64,000 nt of DNA from the NCBI GenBank assembly GCA_047495785.1, contig JBLDXI010000015.1, positions 744,001-808,000 of the forward strand. The letters run 5' to 3'. Under the pieces are notes generated by a model, which was given only the letters and a program-made list of their open reading frames with translations, had not been told where the DNA came from and did not search any database. This DNA comes from Lepidodermella squamata (lineage: Eukaryota > Animalia > Gastrotricha). Numbering within the stretch: position 1 is the stretch's first letter; each line of letters opens with the position of its first letter. Made by a program: the position numbers and the translations under genes. Shown in pieces: positions 1 through 11,715 of the stretch.

Positions 1-190
1 TACCGAGCTGTCCCCAAGAGACCCCAACAAGCGACCCTAAGAGCGCTCATTCGGGACGCATGGCTTCGGCCCATCTATTCAACGAATCATCAAAAACAAA
101 AATAAAAAGGAATTTTTGAATTTTCGAATGGAAAGCCTTTCTTTGAAGATTCTTTAAGATGGATTCTTTATTTTCTGATATTTGTGCGCT

Positions 191-345
191 GCCTGTATTT
201 TCGAGTAGCACGAAGTATAGATCGAGGAAAACGAATGAAAAGACTGAAATCAAGTCGAAGCGAGCCTTTAGGCGAGTGGAGACGAGATATCACTAGTTGA
301 ATGGGTTTTGCGAGATCTATGCGAGTGCTACTCGAAAATATAGAC
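191..345. mobile_element. Short MITE-like inverted-repeat element
   Basis: TATTTTCGAGTAGCAC (196-211) is the exact reverse complement of GTGCTACTCGAAAATA (325-340). Inner ATAGATC (217-223) and GATCTAT (314-320) extend the inverted repeat. No clear TSD. Confidence 0.5.
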
Positions 346-864
346 TCCTACTCATACTATATCATACAATATATACATAAAAGCATAAAAACGAATTAAA
401 GCAAAAATCGACTAATTTCACATAAAAATCAAATAGTAAATGACGTTTCAACTGGCGTTTCGAGCTTGATCTAAGCCCAGGTCGTCGATCATTTCGCGTA
501 GCATTTGCCGACTGTAGCCAAGTAATGAGCTTTGGTTCTGCGGGGTTTCAATTTTCTGAGAAAATCTAGATAGATTTCTAAAAGCCAGTTCGATAGGTAT
601 CGTGAGAAGCATTTTTCGGTGCGGAAAAGTGTCACGATGAGATGCATTACGTGAGGCAATTCGAGCTGAAACCATTTCAGAGCAGTTCTTTTCTTGACTA
701 TGCGAGATACATTTGTACCAAGTTATTGAAATTATGCGCAATCGACTTACTCTCCACAGGTGCGCAACCACCAAAGCGCTGATTCCATTATCCCGTACAA
801 CTTGTTCCAACTGTAGAACTTCAGACCGTAATATTCGGCTTAGCTGTAAGCCTTTGCATGTATA

Positions 865-1311
865 CCGTATTTTACGAATTATTAGGCAGGACCCAATTAT
901 AGGGCAGAACCGGAATAAAGGGCAGAGGGTAATGGTCATTTGAAACAATAAAGGGCAGAACCGTATTAATAAGCAGGGCCTTGTATGAAGTGGCTTACAT
1001 GAGCGCCTGCTGAGTGAGTGGTTAGAGTTGGATGGGTTGAGATTTTTCGTCAATAAGTGCAAAAATCGCCCTTTATCCACATTAATCCTCTTGAGCAAAC
1101 ACTTTACGCGTGTAGCCATAGGTGGAGGGCAGTAGCTATAGTGGTTATTCGGCGGATTTCACTGTTGATCTAGGTACTCTTCGGGTGACTGATCAGGTTC
1201 GAAAAAATAAAAGGCAGAGCCGAAATAAAGGGCAGACCCTAAATACAGGACAGGACTTGAACCTCGTTTGAAAAAAATACTGGGCAGGGTCTTATAATTC
1301 GTAAAATACGG
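865..1311. mobile_element. Non-autonomous Tc1/mariner-superfamily (Tc2/pogo-like) MITE, 447 bp
   Basis: Perfect 18-bp TIRs CCGTATTTTACGAATTAT (865-882) and ATAATTCGTAAAATACGG (1294-1311), flanked by TA on both sides (863-864, 1312-1313). Several internal AATAAAGGGCAGA-like subterminal repeats. CCGTA ends with a TA TSD are typical of Tc2-type elements. Confidence 0.85.
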
Positions 1312-1324
1312 TAACTTTGTTAAT

Positions 1325-1406
1325 ATATATCCATTATTCATCATCATCACACAGAAATTCCAAAGATATATCCATTATTCATCATCATCACACAGAAATT
1401 CCAAAG
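1325..1406. repeat. Perfect 41-bp tandem duplication
   Basis: ATATATCCATTATTCATCATCATCACACAGAAATTCCAAAG occurs at 1325-1365 and 1366-1406, just right of the MITE. Confidence 0.95.
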
Positions 1407-3326
1407 GCGTTTGAAACTCCGGGGCAAAGAATAAGGCCGAATTAAGCGTAATTTCGGAAAGCGGAAAGATTTTATGAACACCAATGGATGTTGGTGGGTA
1501 GTCATAGAACATAGAACATAGAAAGCCGTGGAAAACGATGGAAACCGCGCGGTTTCAACGGAAGGGCAATTGTGTGCGCAACTTTTCTTAGCTATAATAG
1601 GCGGGGTTTTACTTGTTTCGATCCACCTTAAAACTTGAAAAAATTTCAATTTTCCCTTATTCGTGAATTTTATTAGCGACAAAGCGGAAAACCAACTCGC
1701 CGTTCCTAGTGCTAAATTTCACGAGCTATCTAACGAATGAATTCCTTTTTCGGTATGACTCCCTGTTTTTTTACAATAAGCCGCGCTGGAACAACTTTGA
1801 TAAAAAAGTAAGTCATTTATTGACATTTGGATTAATTAATTCCGGATGATGGATGATATTCAACTGCGACTGCAGTGACAAATATTAATGTTGAGTAGGT
1901 GACTCGAGGTGTTCTATTTAATGTTATAGGCCTTAGATTCACAGAACGGACCCATTTGACGCCACAACTCTTGTCGAAATCAAATTGGTTTACCAAAATT
2001 GCACTCTCATTTTTATCACTGCTTTATCTAAAGCGGCTAGAAACGCCGTGAAGCTCGGGAGATCACGAAGCCACAACATCGAGACAACCATCTTCATGAT
2101 CTTCATATATCTTCTTGATTTCTAGTCTTCTCTTCCTTCGGAGTCATGGTCGCTATTCCGACTTCGCACTTTATTCATAATAGCGTGTATGCGCTCATTA
2201 GTGCTATTTTACCTTGGTGCTTTATTTTTCGCAGCTCTTATTTCGCATTTTATCTCACATCACCATGTTTTTCTCCGGTTGTATGCGGTCATATCAAATA
2301 GTTTGGATTGAGCGTTAGAGATTTTCACGCTGACTCCATAAAATACATCAACTTGTAGTAATTATCCCGCAAATTTGCACGCGGCATTGTTGCTGCGGGC
2401 AACATCACACCAGCGACGAGTGAGTCGCCGGATAAATGGCATTATTATCCGACTAAATCACCGGCTATATCATTAAACAGCACCTGTAGTTGACCGTCGA
2501 CGGGTCATCTTCATCATATCAATAGCGCGACAGGCTCATTATAAAAACAATGTTCAAGAAAGCTGTGCATATATCATAACAAACCATTGTATTAGGCTTG
2601 GATGATAAGGATCGCCTGATGATAATTGGGTATAATGGATATAAAATAAAGTCAACAACAAGTTGTGACTGTTTTATTTTTCGGCCTGTCAGTAAGGATG
2701 GGTGCATTTCGGGCCGCTGAGCTTTTGCCCTTAACATCGCGTCGTAAAGGGCGAACTCATTTCAAGGTCCAAGTATGGTCAGACCCTGTTCGGCTCAATT
2801 TCAATCTTATTCCGATCAGCCGTTTGTCGGCATTTCGGTTGCTCTTTTCATTTAGATTTGTAATATATCATATGCACAGAATTCTGCAGATCGCACTTCG
2901 CGCGCTGAATTTCAGTCAAATTTCACCTGATTGAGAAGAATCCTGTTTGAAATATATGAACTTTTGAAATGTATTAAAATGAGTAAACCTTGCCGGAGAA
3001 AAGGTCAATTGAAAACTTCAACTACGCTGAACAATATTCCTCAATTGGGTATGATCCACTCTTCCATGAAATTCCAAGGAAAATGAATGATTTGCTGAAG
3101 ATTTCACGAAGAACAATTTTAGAATGTCACGCGTTTATTTCAATCGTTTTAAATTAATACAGCATTTATTCGTATAATATTAAGTAAAATTATGATAATC
3201 GAATAAACCATTCAGCGTGAAATAGCATTATTCGATTAATATAATAGCAGGTATAATAATCGCAGCAGTTATCGTGAAAAATGACAACCTGCTGCGATTA
3301 TCACATGAGTTCAGTAAATAGTCATT

Positions 3327-4210
3327 TCAGTTCTGGCAAATATCGATATCCAAATTGTAAATCGGAGTGTTGCTCATGGTGGTGGCTGGAGTTGTTGCTG
3401 CGCTGATAAACAGACCTGAGCAGCAGGCGCGGAACGAAGCAAACGCGAATGTACCAATATTTGTTTTCGCTGCGCCCTGCGGATGAAATAAAAAATGTCA
3501 AGGAGATGTGATATGATGCAAGTATGTATAACGAACGCCAGTTGCAGCAGTGACCACCGTGTTGAAACCCCCCACCTGGTTAGGGTCGCAGGTGTGCGGA
3601 AAGTTGAAACACTTGATACTAGCTTGGGTGCTGACCGTGGAGCACGCTTTGTACGGCGTTGTATCGGCTCCAACAATGCACATAGTTTGCTGCGTCGGCG
3701 ATGTTGGCACGATTTGATAGAAAACGTTAGTCGTCGCACCAGCTCCAGCGCAACAGGCGCCGAATGAGTCGTAAGTGGCGGCAGGAGTCGCGGGCTGGGA
3801 GAGAATTATTTTCATGTATAATTTCAGCCATTTTGATGCAGAGCTCTAATTTCAGGTGATTTAATTGAGGTAACTCACTGTAGCACCCCCAATCACAGCA
3901 CAGTTGGATCCAGCGATTGACAGGCAAAACTTCATAGCCACGGAAACGGTCGCTGGCGAGGTTACCGTGCATAGCGTGTATTGGCCCTGTTTCAAAATCA
4001 GAAAATATTAAAATAATTGAAAAAGAAATGAACATCAAGTTCCGTTACAGTTTGATCGCAAAACTGGGCGCTCGTGCAGCCACTTTCTGCGCAAGTTTGC
4101 CCCGATGTGCAAGTTGCCGAAGGGCACGGCGTCGAGGCAACAGTCGAGGGCGGGCAAGCATCAACCGCCACAGCAAGAACAACGAGCAGGGTGGCTGAAA
4201 AAATCGTCAT
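3327..4210 (-). CDS. Secreted 18-Cys protein, paralog 1 (A type), 4 exons
   Basis: Signal peptide MTIFSATLLVVLAVAVDA|CPP. Spliced model with three phase-0 GT-AG introns: ...QFCDQT / GQYTLC...NCAVIGGAT / PATPAATYDSFGACC...FPHTCD... / GAAKTNIGTFAFASFRACC...DICQN*. TATAAAA-like element near 4274-4280. Confidence 0.85.
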
Positions 4211-4711
4211 ACTCGCAGAATTTGGACGAAGCTCGCGAAAAATAAGACCCGGCCCGGTAGCGTTTGTCTGCGTTTTATAACCGAAATCCGTGTCTGTCGG
4301 ACCACAAACCTATAGAGGATAACTACGGTAGTGAAGATCAAGTTCTTCCAGTCTCAATATTCAAACCAAATCATTCAAATAAACAAACTACCGTAAACAT
4401 GTAGCTGCAACCGGAGGACAAAATATGCCACGAAGCGGCGATGTTTTGTTACGTTCCATCGTGATGAGTTTTGTTACGCAGAATCTCAAGTCCCTGAGGC
4501 ATCGATTTCAAACTTCAATAGAGGTTCCTGAACAATATCGGCTATTTGAGTGCATTGCTACGACTTGTTTACCATTTCAAGCAGTTTTATGCGATAAATA
4601 TGGGTCTAGACATGATTCCAGTTCCGATGGACACGTTGCGTGTTGTAAAATGAGAGCAACAGTCAACCGGCCTAAATTTCGCTTTCTTGTCGTTTTCTCG
4701 TGGCTACATCC

Positions 4712-5530
4712 ATGCAAGCTGCTGTGTTCCTGCTGGTCGTGTTTTTGGCCGCCGACCTGGCCAAAGCCTGCCCTCCATCGACATCCTCCGCTGCTACGTC
4801 ATGCCCTTCAGTAGTAACTTGCCCATCTGGAACCTCATGCCAGCAGGTCGCTTGCCCTAAATCGGGCTATGCATGTTCGACCAAGGTAGGAAACCACATG
4901 AAGGCAGATGATAAGTTACATTGAATGTTTTCAGGGCCAATTTGCGCAATGTACGGTGAACACCAATGTCATCGCCCTCCCGGCCACTTTCTGCTTATCG
5001 ACTGGCACGTGTTCAGCAATTACAGGCGCAACTGTAGGTTTCGAATTGATTTCCTTGCTCCTCGCTAGACTTTGAAGCATTTAGGCGACAGGAACAACTG
5101 CAAACTCGTTCCTGAGCTGTTGTTCGGGCATAAGCACCGTGACATCGAACATCCAATACGTCCAGCTGACGGTGAGCAGCACGCCAGTGACGATGTGCAT
5201 GGCGACGAACGAAGCATTGATGTACAGAATGTGCAACACTGTCGCAACAGGTACTACTCTCCTGAGCGCCTCGTGCGTTCGATTCCCAAGCTCGTGCGAA
5301 ACCGGCAAGGTGCAAATGACAACAACAGCGGTGAGTTTACCTTGAAAGCCTATCTGTCAATATTGTTGCCGGTTCATGTATTACAGCAAACCGTCAGCAT
5401 CTTTGTCTTCAGTAGTTTCCGGGCCTGCTGCATAAAAGTTCAAAGTGTTGTGACAACACCTACAGCGGCCCAGTTCACATCAGCCGATATTCTCGGTGTT
5501 ACGGTCGACAAATGTGTCGGTGTTCAGTAA
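4712..5530 (+). CDS. Secreted 18-Cys protein, paralog 2 (B type), 4 exons
   Basis: Exons 4712-4885, 4935-5033, 5085-5330, 5387-5530. Signal peptide MQAAVFLLVVFLAADLAKA|CPP. Same Cys framework as paralog 1, including FLSCC and FRACC. Confidence 0.85.
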
Positions 5531-6520
5531 CAAATGCAGATAGCAAGACTAAATTGAACTGACTCTAAGACCGCATTTTGTGCCCAGCGATAATGACCCT
5601 CTCGCTCCGAATTACAGCGCAGTTGGATGAGAGAAAAGTTCATTGTTATAATGACAAATAAAAGATTTCTACACCACTTTGGTCGCTTTTGTTAAAATGT
5701 GACAGGCTGTTATACAATTATAAAATGGCAAATACCATTTATCCGAAAAATAGTGGAGCAATTCTTGATTTGTTAGCGTAAAGCGTAGAAGGTTTTCGAG
5801 CTTCCGCTTGTCATCACTCTGCTTTGACAAGCTCTGATCAAAATATTAAATATTTTCAAAGGGTCTATTAATTAGCTATAGACATTCCGATTTTGATATT
5901 TTACATGCTTGGAACCTGTAAAAGATGAATTTTCAGCAATAATAATTAGGGCGTTCTTTACTGACGATTTACCGCAAAAGTAATGACGAACTAAAAGATC
6001 CATGACAATCGTCCCGTGCATTGCTGCTGTCATACGCATCAATGTAAAGAACGATCCAGACTTCAGGAGCAGTTGCTATCATCTCGGGCCCCTCGTGCGT
6101 TCGCTTCCCGAGTTGGTATGAACCTTGCAAGGATCGAATTTCAGCAATTTTGTAAGTTTAAAACCATCTTTTCGCTATCGTCATTTTTTAGCGAATAACG
6201 AATTATTTTGATCAATAATTTCAATTCAAATTCAAAAGCCGTCTGGGTTATATTCATTAAATTAAATCACGTCAAAAGTTTGCATATAGATAAGTTCAAT
6301 AGCGGTCATCTAGCTCGAGCTCATCGCCTTATAGTGATGCACACATTTGACTCCTAGTTATGCCATTGTTTGCGATCGAAAATAAGCCTTTTCAATGTTA
6401 TCATTCTCGTTTATTAATGCTATAGTTACTTGATCGAAACACAGCAGCATAACTGTCATATTGCTTAGGTATAAATTTCAAATAATCATGCAAGCGTGTC
6501 GCTCCACTTGAAAAAGTCAA

Positions 6521-7373
6521 TCAAGCATTCTGTTTACATGTCTCGAAATTAAGGGCCAAATAATTGGAGGTGCCGTAAGAGCCAGCTGCTGCGGATTGCA
6601 TTATAGCGGCGCAGCATTGCTGAAAGGTAGCGAACGAATAAGCCGCCGGCACTGGGGCGACATTCTGAAAGAGCCATAGCATGTATTAGTTAATCAATGG
6701 GAGATTCGCGGTTGAACTTACAGTAGCGGTTAGCAAGGATCCTGAAGCGAAACATGAATTCGGTAGGCGGATGCACGAGCCCAATTTGCTAACAACGGAC
6801 GCTTCACTGTAACTGCACACCTTGTAGGGCAGGGCATCGCTGGTGCCGTAGCAAATGGCCACGTAATAATTGGTTCTAACTTTTGTAGACAGCGACTGCT
6901 CATAGATGATTGTCGACCCAGTAGCTGCACAGCACGATGAGAAGTCGTCGTATACTTGCAAAGGGCTAACGGCCTGCAAGGAAGAATTCCTTAAATATAA
7001 ATCAAAACCAACAAAAGACCCACATAGGCATTAGTTCCCAAATCGGTGCTGTCGCACGACTGCCCGGCATTACTGTAGCAGAAGTTGACAATCGTGTTCA
7101 AGTTGGTTTTAAATTGGCACATAGTGTATTGTTTCTATTGAATGCAAAAAAGTCACGAAATGCAAAACTGAGCTACAGTAGCTAACTCACCGCCAAGGCG
7201 CAAGCTGTGCCGGGGGTACAAACCGTGGCACCGCAAGACACGCCGGATGGACATGGAGCTGCAGTCGGGCAGTTCGTCGAAGTGCTCGAGCTAGAAGTGG
7301 TACTAGAGGCTGGGCAGGCTACGGCAGCACCTAGAAAGGTGACTAAGAGCAAAACTGTTGTTAGCATAGCCAT
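6521..7373 (-). CDS. Secreted 18-Cys protein, paralog 3 (B type), 4 exons
   Basis: MAMLTTVLLLVTFLGAAVA|CPA... / KQYTMC...FCY...SCD / AVSPLQVYDDFSSCC...PYKVC...SCIRLPNSC / NVAPVPAAYSFATFQQCC...ETCKQNA*. Confidence 0.85.
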
Positions 7374-7798
7374 ATTGAAAATAATGCAAAATAACATGAC
7401 AAAATTTCACTCTAACGCTTTATCAGCCAAACGCTTTCCATCTGACCTATTTCGAAAACACCGTAACTTCATCATAGGCAAAAAATGCAACTTTATTAAC
7501 TTGACATCTGAATTTCTATGAACACGAATGTCTGATTAGATGCGCTCGTTGCTAAATTTTCCTCATCGATAAATGAGTGAAAATTATATCTGAATTTCAT
7601 TTCCCCCTTAGCGAAGCTGACACGTTGATACGGTAGCTGTCATGTTGTTCTTCTGATGTTTTAGGCGGACAATACATGAACTAGATGTGAGAAAAACAAC
7701 GCTGTTAGGATTAACAGTCGGATATGCCATTGCCGTGTTCATAAAATTGGTTGACCACCTGAGGTTTGCGTATTTTCGCTCACTCACCAGCTTGAGAA

Positions 7799-8645
7799 AT
7801 GCGTGTGTTTTTGTCATCCCTGCTCATCACCTACGTAGCTGCCTGTCCTCCGTCATCGACATCAACGCCCTGCCCAACAGGTAGATTTGCATGCTTCTAG
7901 AATGTTTCTGAATTATTCTCCACAGCGACATGCCCGACTGGCCAGGTCTGCGGTGGTACATCTTGCCCTACCAATCAATTTTGCGGCGCGACGGTAGGCT
8001 GATATCTTGATTCCCGCGAATATCAAAGCCATTCCTATTACAGGGCACTTATTCGCAATGTCAACTTGCAGTAACGACTGGCCTAGTCACTTTTTGCATG
8101 AACAGGCCCGGCGCATCGTGTGGACTGCTGGCAGGAGGAGCGGTAGGCTTTTTGTTCAGTTGAAACTGACTCTGATTGTTTTTTTGTAGACCTTGGTCGG
8201 ATCGACGACATACACGGCGTTTGACTTGTGCTGTGCTGCGTTGGGTACCGGTCCCAGCCAAGTTATGGACGTTCTGCCTCTTAGCCCGCCGTTGCAAGTC
8301 TGCATGAATACACCGGATAATAGCCCTTACAAAGTCTGCGCACCGACGGCAACCACTGGCAATGGCGTATGCTACCGCTTCCCGTGGACTTGTGACTCGA
8401 CCGCAAAGGTTTTTGCCACAGGAACGGTAAGATAAACCTAGTTAACATTAACGGGGTATTGACCGATGTTTGATGCCAAATCAATTTTTTCCCCATAATA
8501 GACCCCAACTGCTCTGGTGTCTGGCGCCCCGTATTCTTCATTCCAGGCCTGCTGTGCTGCATTGAGTGCTGCCGGTGCGAAGGCATCATTCTCAACAGCG
8601 ACGATGTATGGCTTCGCCATGGAGAAATGCGCCCAGACCGCATAA
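7799..8645 (+). CDS. Secreted 18-Cys protein, paralog 4 (A type), 5 exons
   Basis: MRVFLSSLLITYVAA|CPPSSTSTPCPT / ATCPTGQVC...QFCGAT / GTYSQC...FCM...SCG / ...AFDLCC...PYKVC...CYRFPWTCD / ...SSFQACC...EKCAQTA*. Confidence 0.85.
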
Positions 8646-9241
8646 GCGATTAGTTGGTAGTTTGGAAGCGCACTGCATTAACTCTCAACGTTAACTAATG
8701 TGTTCCAAAATATGCGAGAACTTTCTCGTTGAATTTTCTCCTTTGCCTGTTTTTGTGTAACAGTAAAACAAATTGACAATGCATCGAGTTAGTGTTTACT
8801 GTCTCTGTCAAAGAAATGTCGCTACAACGCATAGAACTCACTAGTCAGCATGCGTTCAACACTTCACGATCGTCCTTTAATTTAGTAAATATCGGACGCA
8901 ACAATTTACTTCGATCGAGTGAAATTGGAAGTTGGAAATAACAAGTTTCAACAAAGGGGAATAACACATTTTCTTTCAAAGCGTATACTATAATAGACAA
9001 ACTTCGTTGTCACAAAGGATGTGCGAGATAACGAGAGTATACGTTACAGCACCGCTGCTACATTGTAAAGCTAGAGATACGGAGACGCTTTCGTCGCTTG
9101 CATATCACTTGCGAACAGGCAGTTTTTATTTCGTCAGTTTATCCTCGTCGATGCTGATGCCTCAATTCTAATTGCTTTTGCCAAAACAGAGCATTTAGAA
9201 GTATCCTTCGTGATCACAAACCATTTTCAGTATATGGGGAG

Positions 9242-9250
9242 TATATAAAA
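9242..9250 (+). promoter_or_regulatory. TATA box upstream of candidate ncRNA
   Basis: TATATAAAA, about 30 nt upstream of the predicted RNA 5' end and about 520 nt from the sHSP ATG. Confidence 0.45.
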
Positions 9251-9270
9251 ACTTGATGCAACCATCACAT

Positions 9271-9533
9271 ATGTAACTCAGCTGGTTGATAGCGAAAAGG
9301 CAATTTCTCTAACTCCGTACTTTATTCACAAGAGCCATAAATCTTGCACACTGAGCCCGGTCGCCAGCCGCTTCCGAGGCCACGGAGAATCCAATATGGC
9401 GTCCGGTGACCCCGGTCAAGGCGGCGGCCGTCTCATATCTTTACCAGGCCGCGGATCGCCGCTGTCAGGGTTCGGCGGACAGCCGGCGATCGGCTGTGCC
9501 GCCTTGCGTAACGGCGGTTACAGCATCTTTTTT
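9271..9533 (+). ncRNA. Candidate structured Pol III (type 3 promoter) ncRNA, identity unknown
   Basis: GC-rich island in an AT-rich intergenic region. Stems at 9359-9365/9405-9411, 9417-9425/9498-9506, 9454-9466/9478-9491, 9508-9512/9517-9521 and 9277-9281/9351-9355. G-U wobbles favour the + strand. TATA upstream, TTTTTT at 9528-9533. Confidence 0.45.
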
Positions 9534-9637
9534 AGATCACAGGATTGGATTGATATTCTTCATTCATGAAATTTAACAAGCTAGGCTAATATCGATCGCG
9601 CAATACTACGCTTCTAATACATGCATCTCGTGCGATC

Positions 9638-9645
9638 TTCTAGAA
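9638..9645. promoter_or_regulatory. Partial heat shock element (TTCnnGAA) upstream of the sHSP gene
   Basis: TTCTAGAA about 120 bp upstream of the ATG. Only two nGAAn units are present, so it is weak. Confidence 0.3.
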
Positions 9646-9760
9646 ATGTTTGGATCCAATTAGCAGAACAAGGCCTTCTTAAACCCCCAACAAACCCGAA
9701 AAATAATATTCACTCATCGATTTTTGATTTTCATTCATTACTCACGCATAAATCAAAACC

Positions 9761-11715
9761 ATGGCTTCTTCTACAACCAGGTCATTTCAAGTCCCATCGT
9801 CTGTTTTCGGCTATGAAAAGCTCGGCTCTGGCTGTGGTATGCATGGCGTTGGAACTGGTCCTTATGGTTTCGACAGCGCCTGGTCTGGTTCCGGGCAATA
9901 CGGCGGGTTCCCATCCAGTTACGGATCTTCAACGACGAACTGGCCTTTTGGTGCTGGCTATGGCGGAGCTCCTTCGACCTGGGGCGGTTCGACTCTTGGG
10001 GTAAACCCATCGACCTACGGTGGAATCCCCATCTCTGGTTTCGGCAGCTGGCCTTCGACTTTTGGCGCTGGCTACGGCGGGTACCCATCCAGCTTTAGTG
10101 GTTTCCCCAAAGGCTCGTCGACCTTTGGCGGATCCGGTTCCGTTTCACCCAGCTATGGTGGAGTACCATCGGCATCCTTCGGAGGGTCCCCGTCAACCGG
10201 TTTTGGTACGTCAACCATTTATTTTTATTTTTAATCCATCTTCAAACTTCAATATTAATTGACAGGAGGCTACCCCGGCTTGGAAATGACTCCGGGGTCT
10301 GGATTTGGTTCCAGCCTCATGGGCAATCCATTTGGCACTTATGGTGAGAATCTCTAGTTTTATTATTGCATTTGTTTAATTTATGCCCAGGAGGTTTTAC
10401 TGGCTTTGATCAGCCGTGGAGTCGAATTGGCAGCAATTCAAGTTACGGCTACCCTTTGACCTTCGGTAGCTCTTTCGGCGGATTTCCCTCTGGTTTCGGC
10501 GGGCCGACCTCGTCATTCGGTGGCTCGACGTGGACTGGCACTGGTTATCCATCAACACCCGGTAATTGCCTTCGTTGTGACGCGGAAAATTGATCAATTT
10601 TGTTGACTGGATCTACAGGTTCTGGAGTCCAGTCGACATATGGCTACCCTTCGACATTCGGCGGCTTGCCAGGCTCTTTCGGTGGAATACCTGCTGGGAT
10701 TGGCGGATCGGCCTCAACGTTCGGCGGCTCTCCCTGGACAACTGGAACAGGCTTCAGTGGTTCCGGTTACCCGTCAACATTCGGTAATTTGTTTTTAGGT
10801 AACACTGCCAATTGAACGTTTCAGTTATGATGCCAGGATCCGATTCCCGAGTCGCGCTATGGTCCCGTTATGGCGCCAACAATCCTTACGCCAGTCATTA
10901 CGGCGGCCAACCCTGGTTGAACCCTGAAGCTCTGCTGAGCGGAGTCGCCGACGTCGAAAACGTGCTCTTCAGCGATTTTGGCACTTCTGCGCGCAATGTT
11001 GAACGCGAGTTGGTCAATTTGCGCAAGATGCTTGACTCAGGAAGCCTTGTTGGAGGTCCGCGCCAAACTGGTACAACTGGGAAAGGCTTCACCTCTTCCA
11101 TGTCGCACTTGCCAAGCCGCCCGACATCTTCGATCGAGTACTTCACCTTCCAGAATCCGGTTCGCTACGACGCCCGAGGCAACCGCAGCCTGTACCTTTG
11201 CTTCGATCTGCCCAGTTACAAGCCTGAAGAAGTGACTGTTACGTAAGTTGGTTCGAACCTTTTTCCAAGCTCCAAGAATTTGTTTGGACCTTTTCTTAAT
11301 TTATCTGCAACCTTCATCAGCTTTCACTTTCAAAATGCCTTACATTCCACCTAAGGAAATTCAAATTCGATACTCAATACTATTAGGTATTATATTATTA
11401 TTTTTCAGATTGTACTCGAAGGCCAACCCGGCTTACATCGAAGTCTTGGCCAGCCATGATGTCAAAGAGTCGCCCAAGCAGCACGCTGTCAAGCGAACCT
11501 ACGAGCGCAAGTACTTCTTCCCTGCTGAACTTGCTCTTCCGCAAGCCGATATCGGCAAGCTCGAGCTCAAGTCCTACTTCACGCCTGATGGCCTGCTGAC
11601 TGTTGAAGCTCCGTTGCCTCGTCTCAGCCCCGAGCAAATGATGATGCTGAACAAGACTCACCATGTTCTGCCGAACTTCTCAGCCCCGGTCAAGACCGAA
11701 AAGAAGGACATCTGA
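9761..11715 (+). CDS. Small heat shock protein (HSP20/alpha-crystallin domain) with long G/S/F/Y/P-rich N-terminus, ~523 aa, 6 exons
   Basis: Exons 9761-10205, 10266-10343, 10391-10561, 10619-10783, 10837-11242, 11409-11715 keep frame. Alpha-crystallin motifs FDLPSYKPEEVTV...RTYERKY...LKSYFTPDGLLTVEAP. Confidence 0.88.

Noticed and set aside
448-1119. 223-aa minus-strand ORF
   Set aside because: It starts inside and runs out of the MITE. Its CPL/RFCP repeats come from the MITE's subterminal repeats, and it has no recognisable domain.
9271-9533. Assignment to SRP RNA, RNase P/MRP, U6 or an H/ACA RNA
   Set aside because: It lacks SRP helix 8, the P4 CR-I/CR-V motifs, ACAGAGA and a hinge H box.
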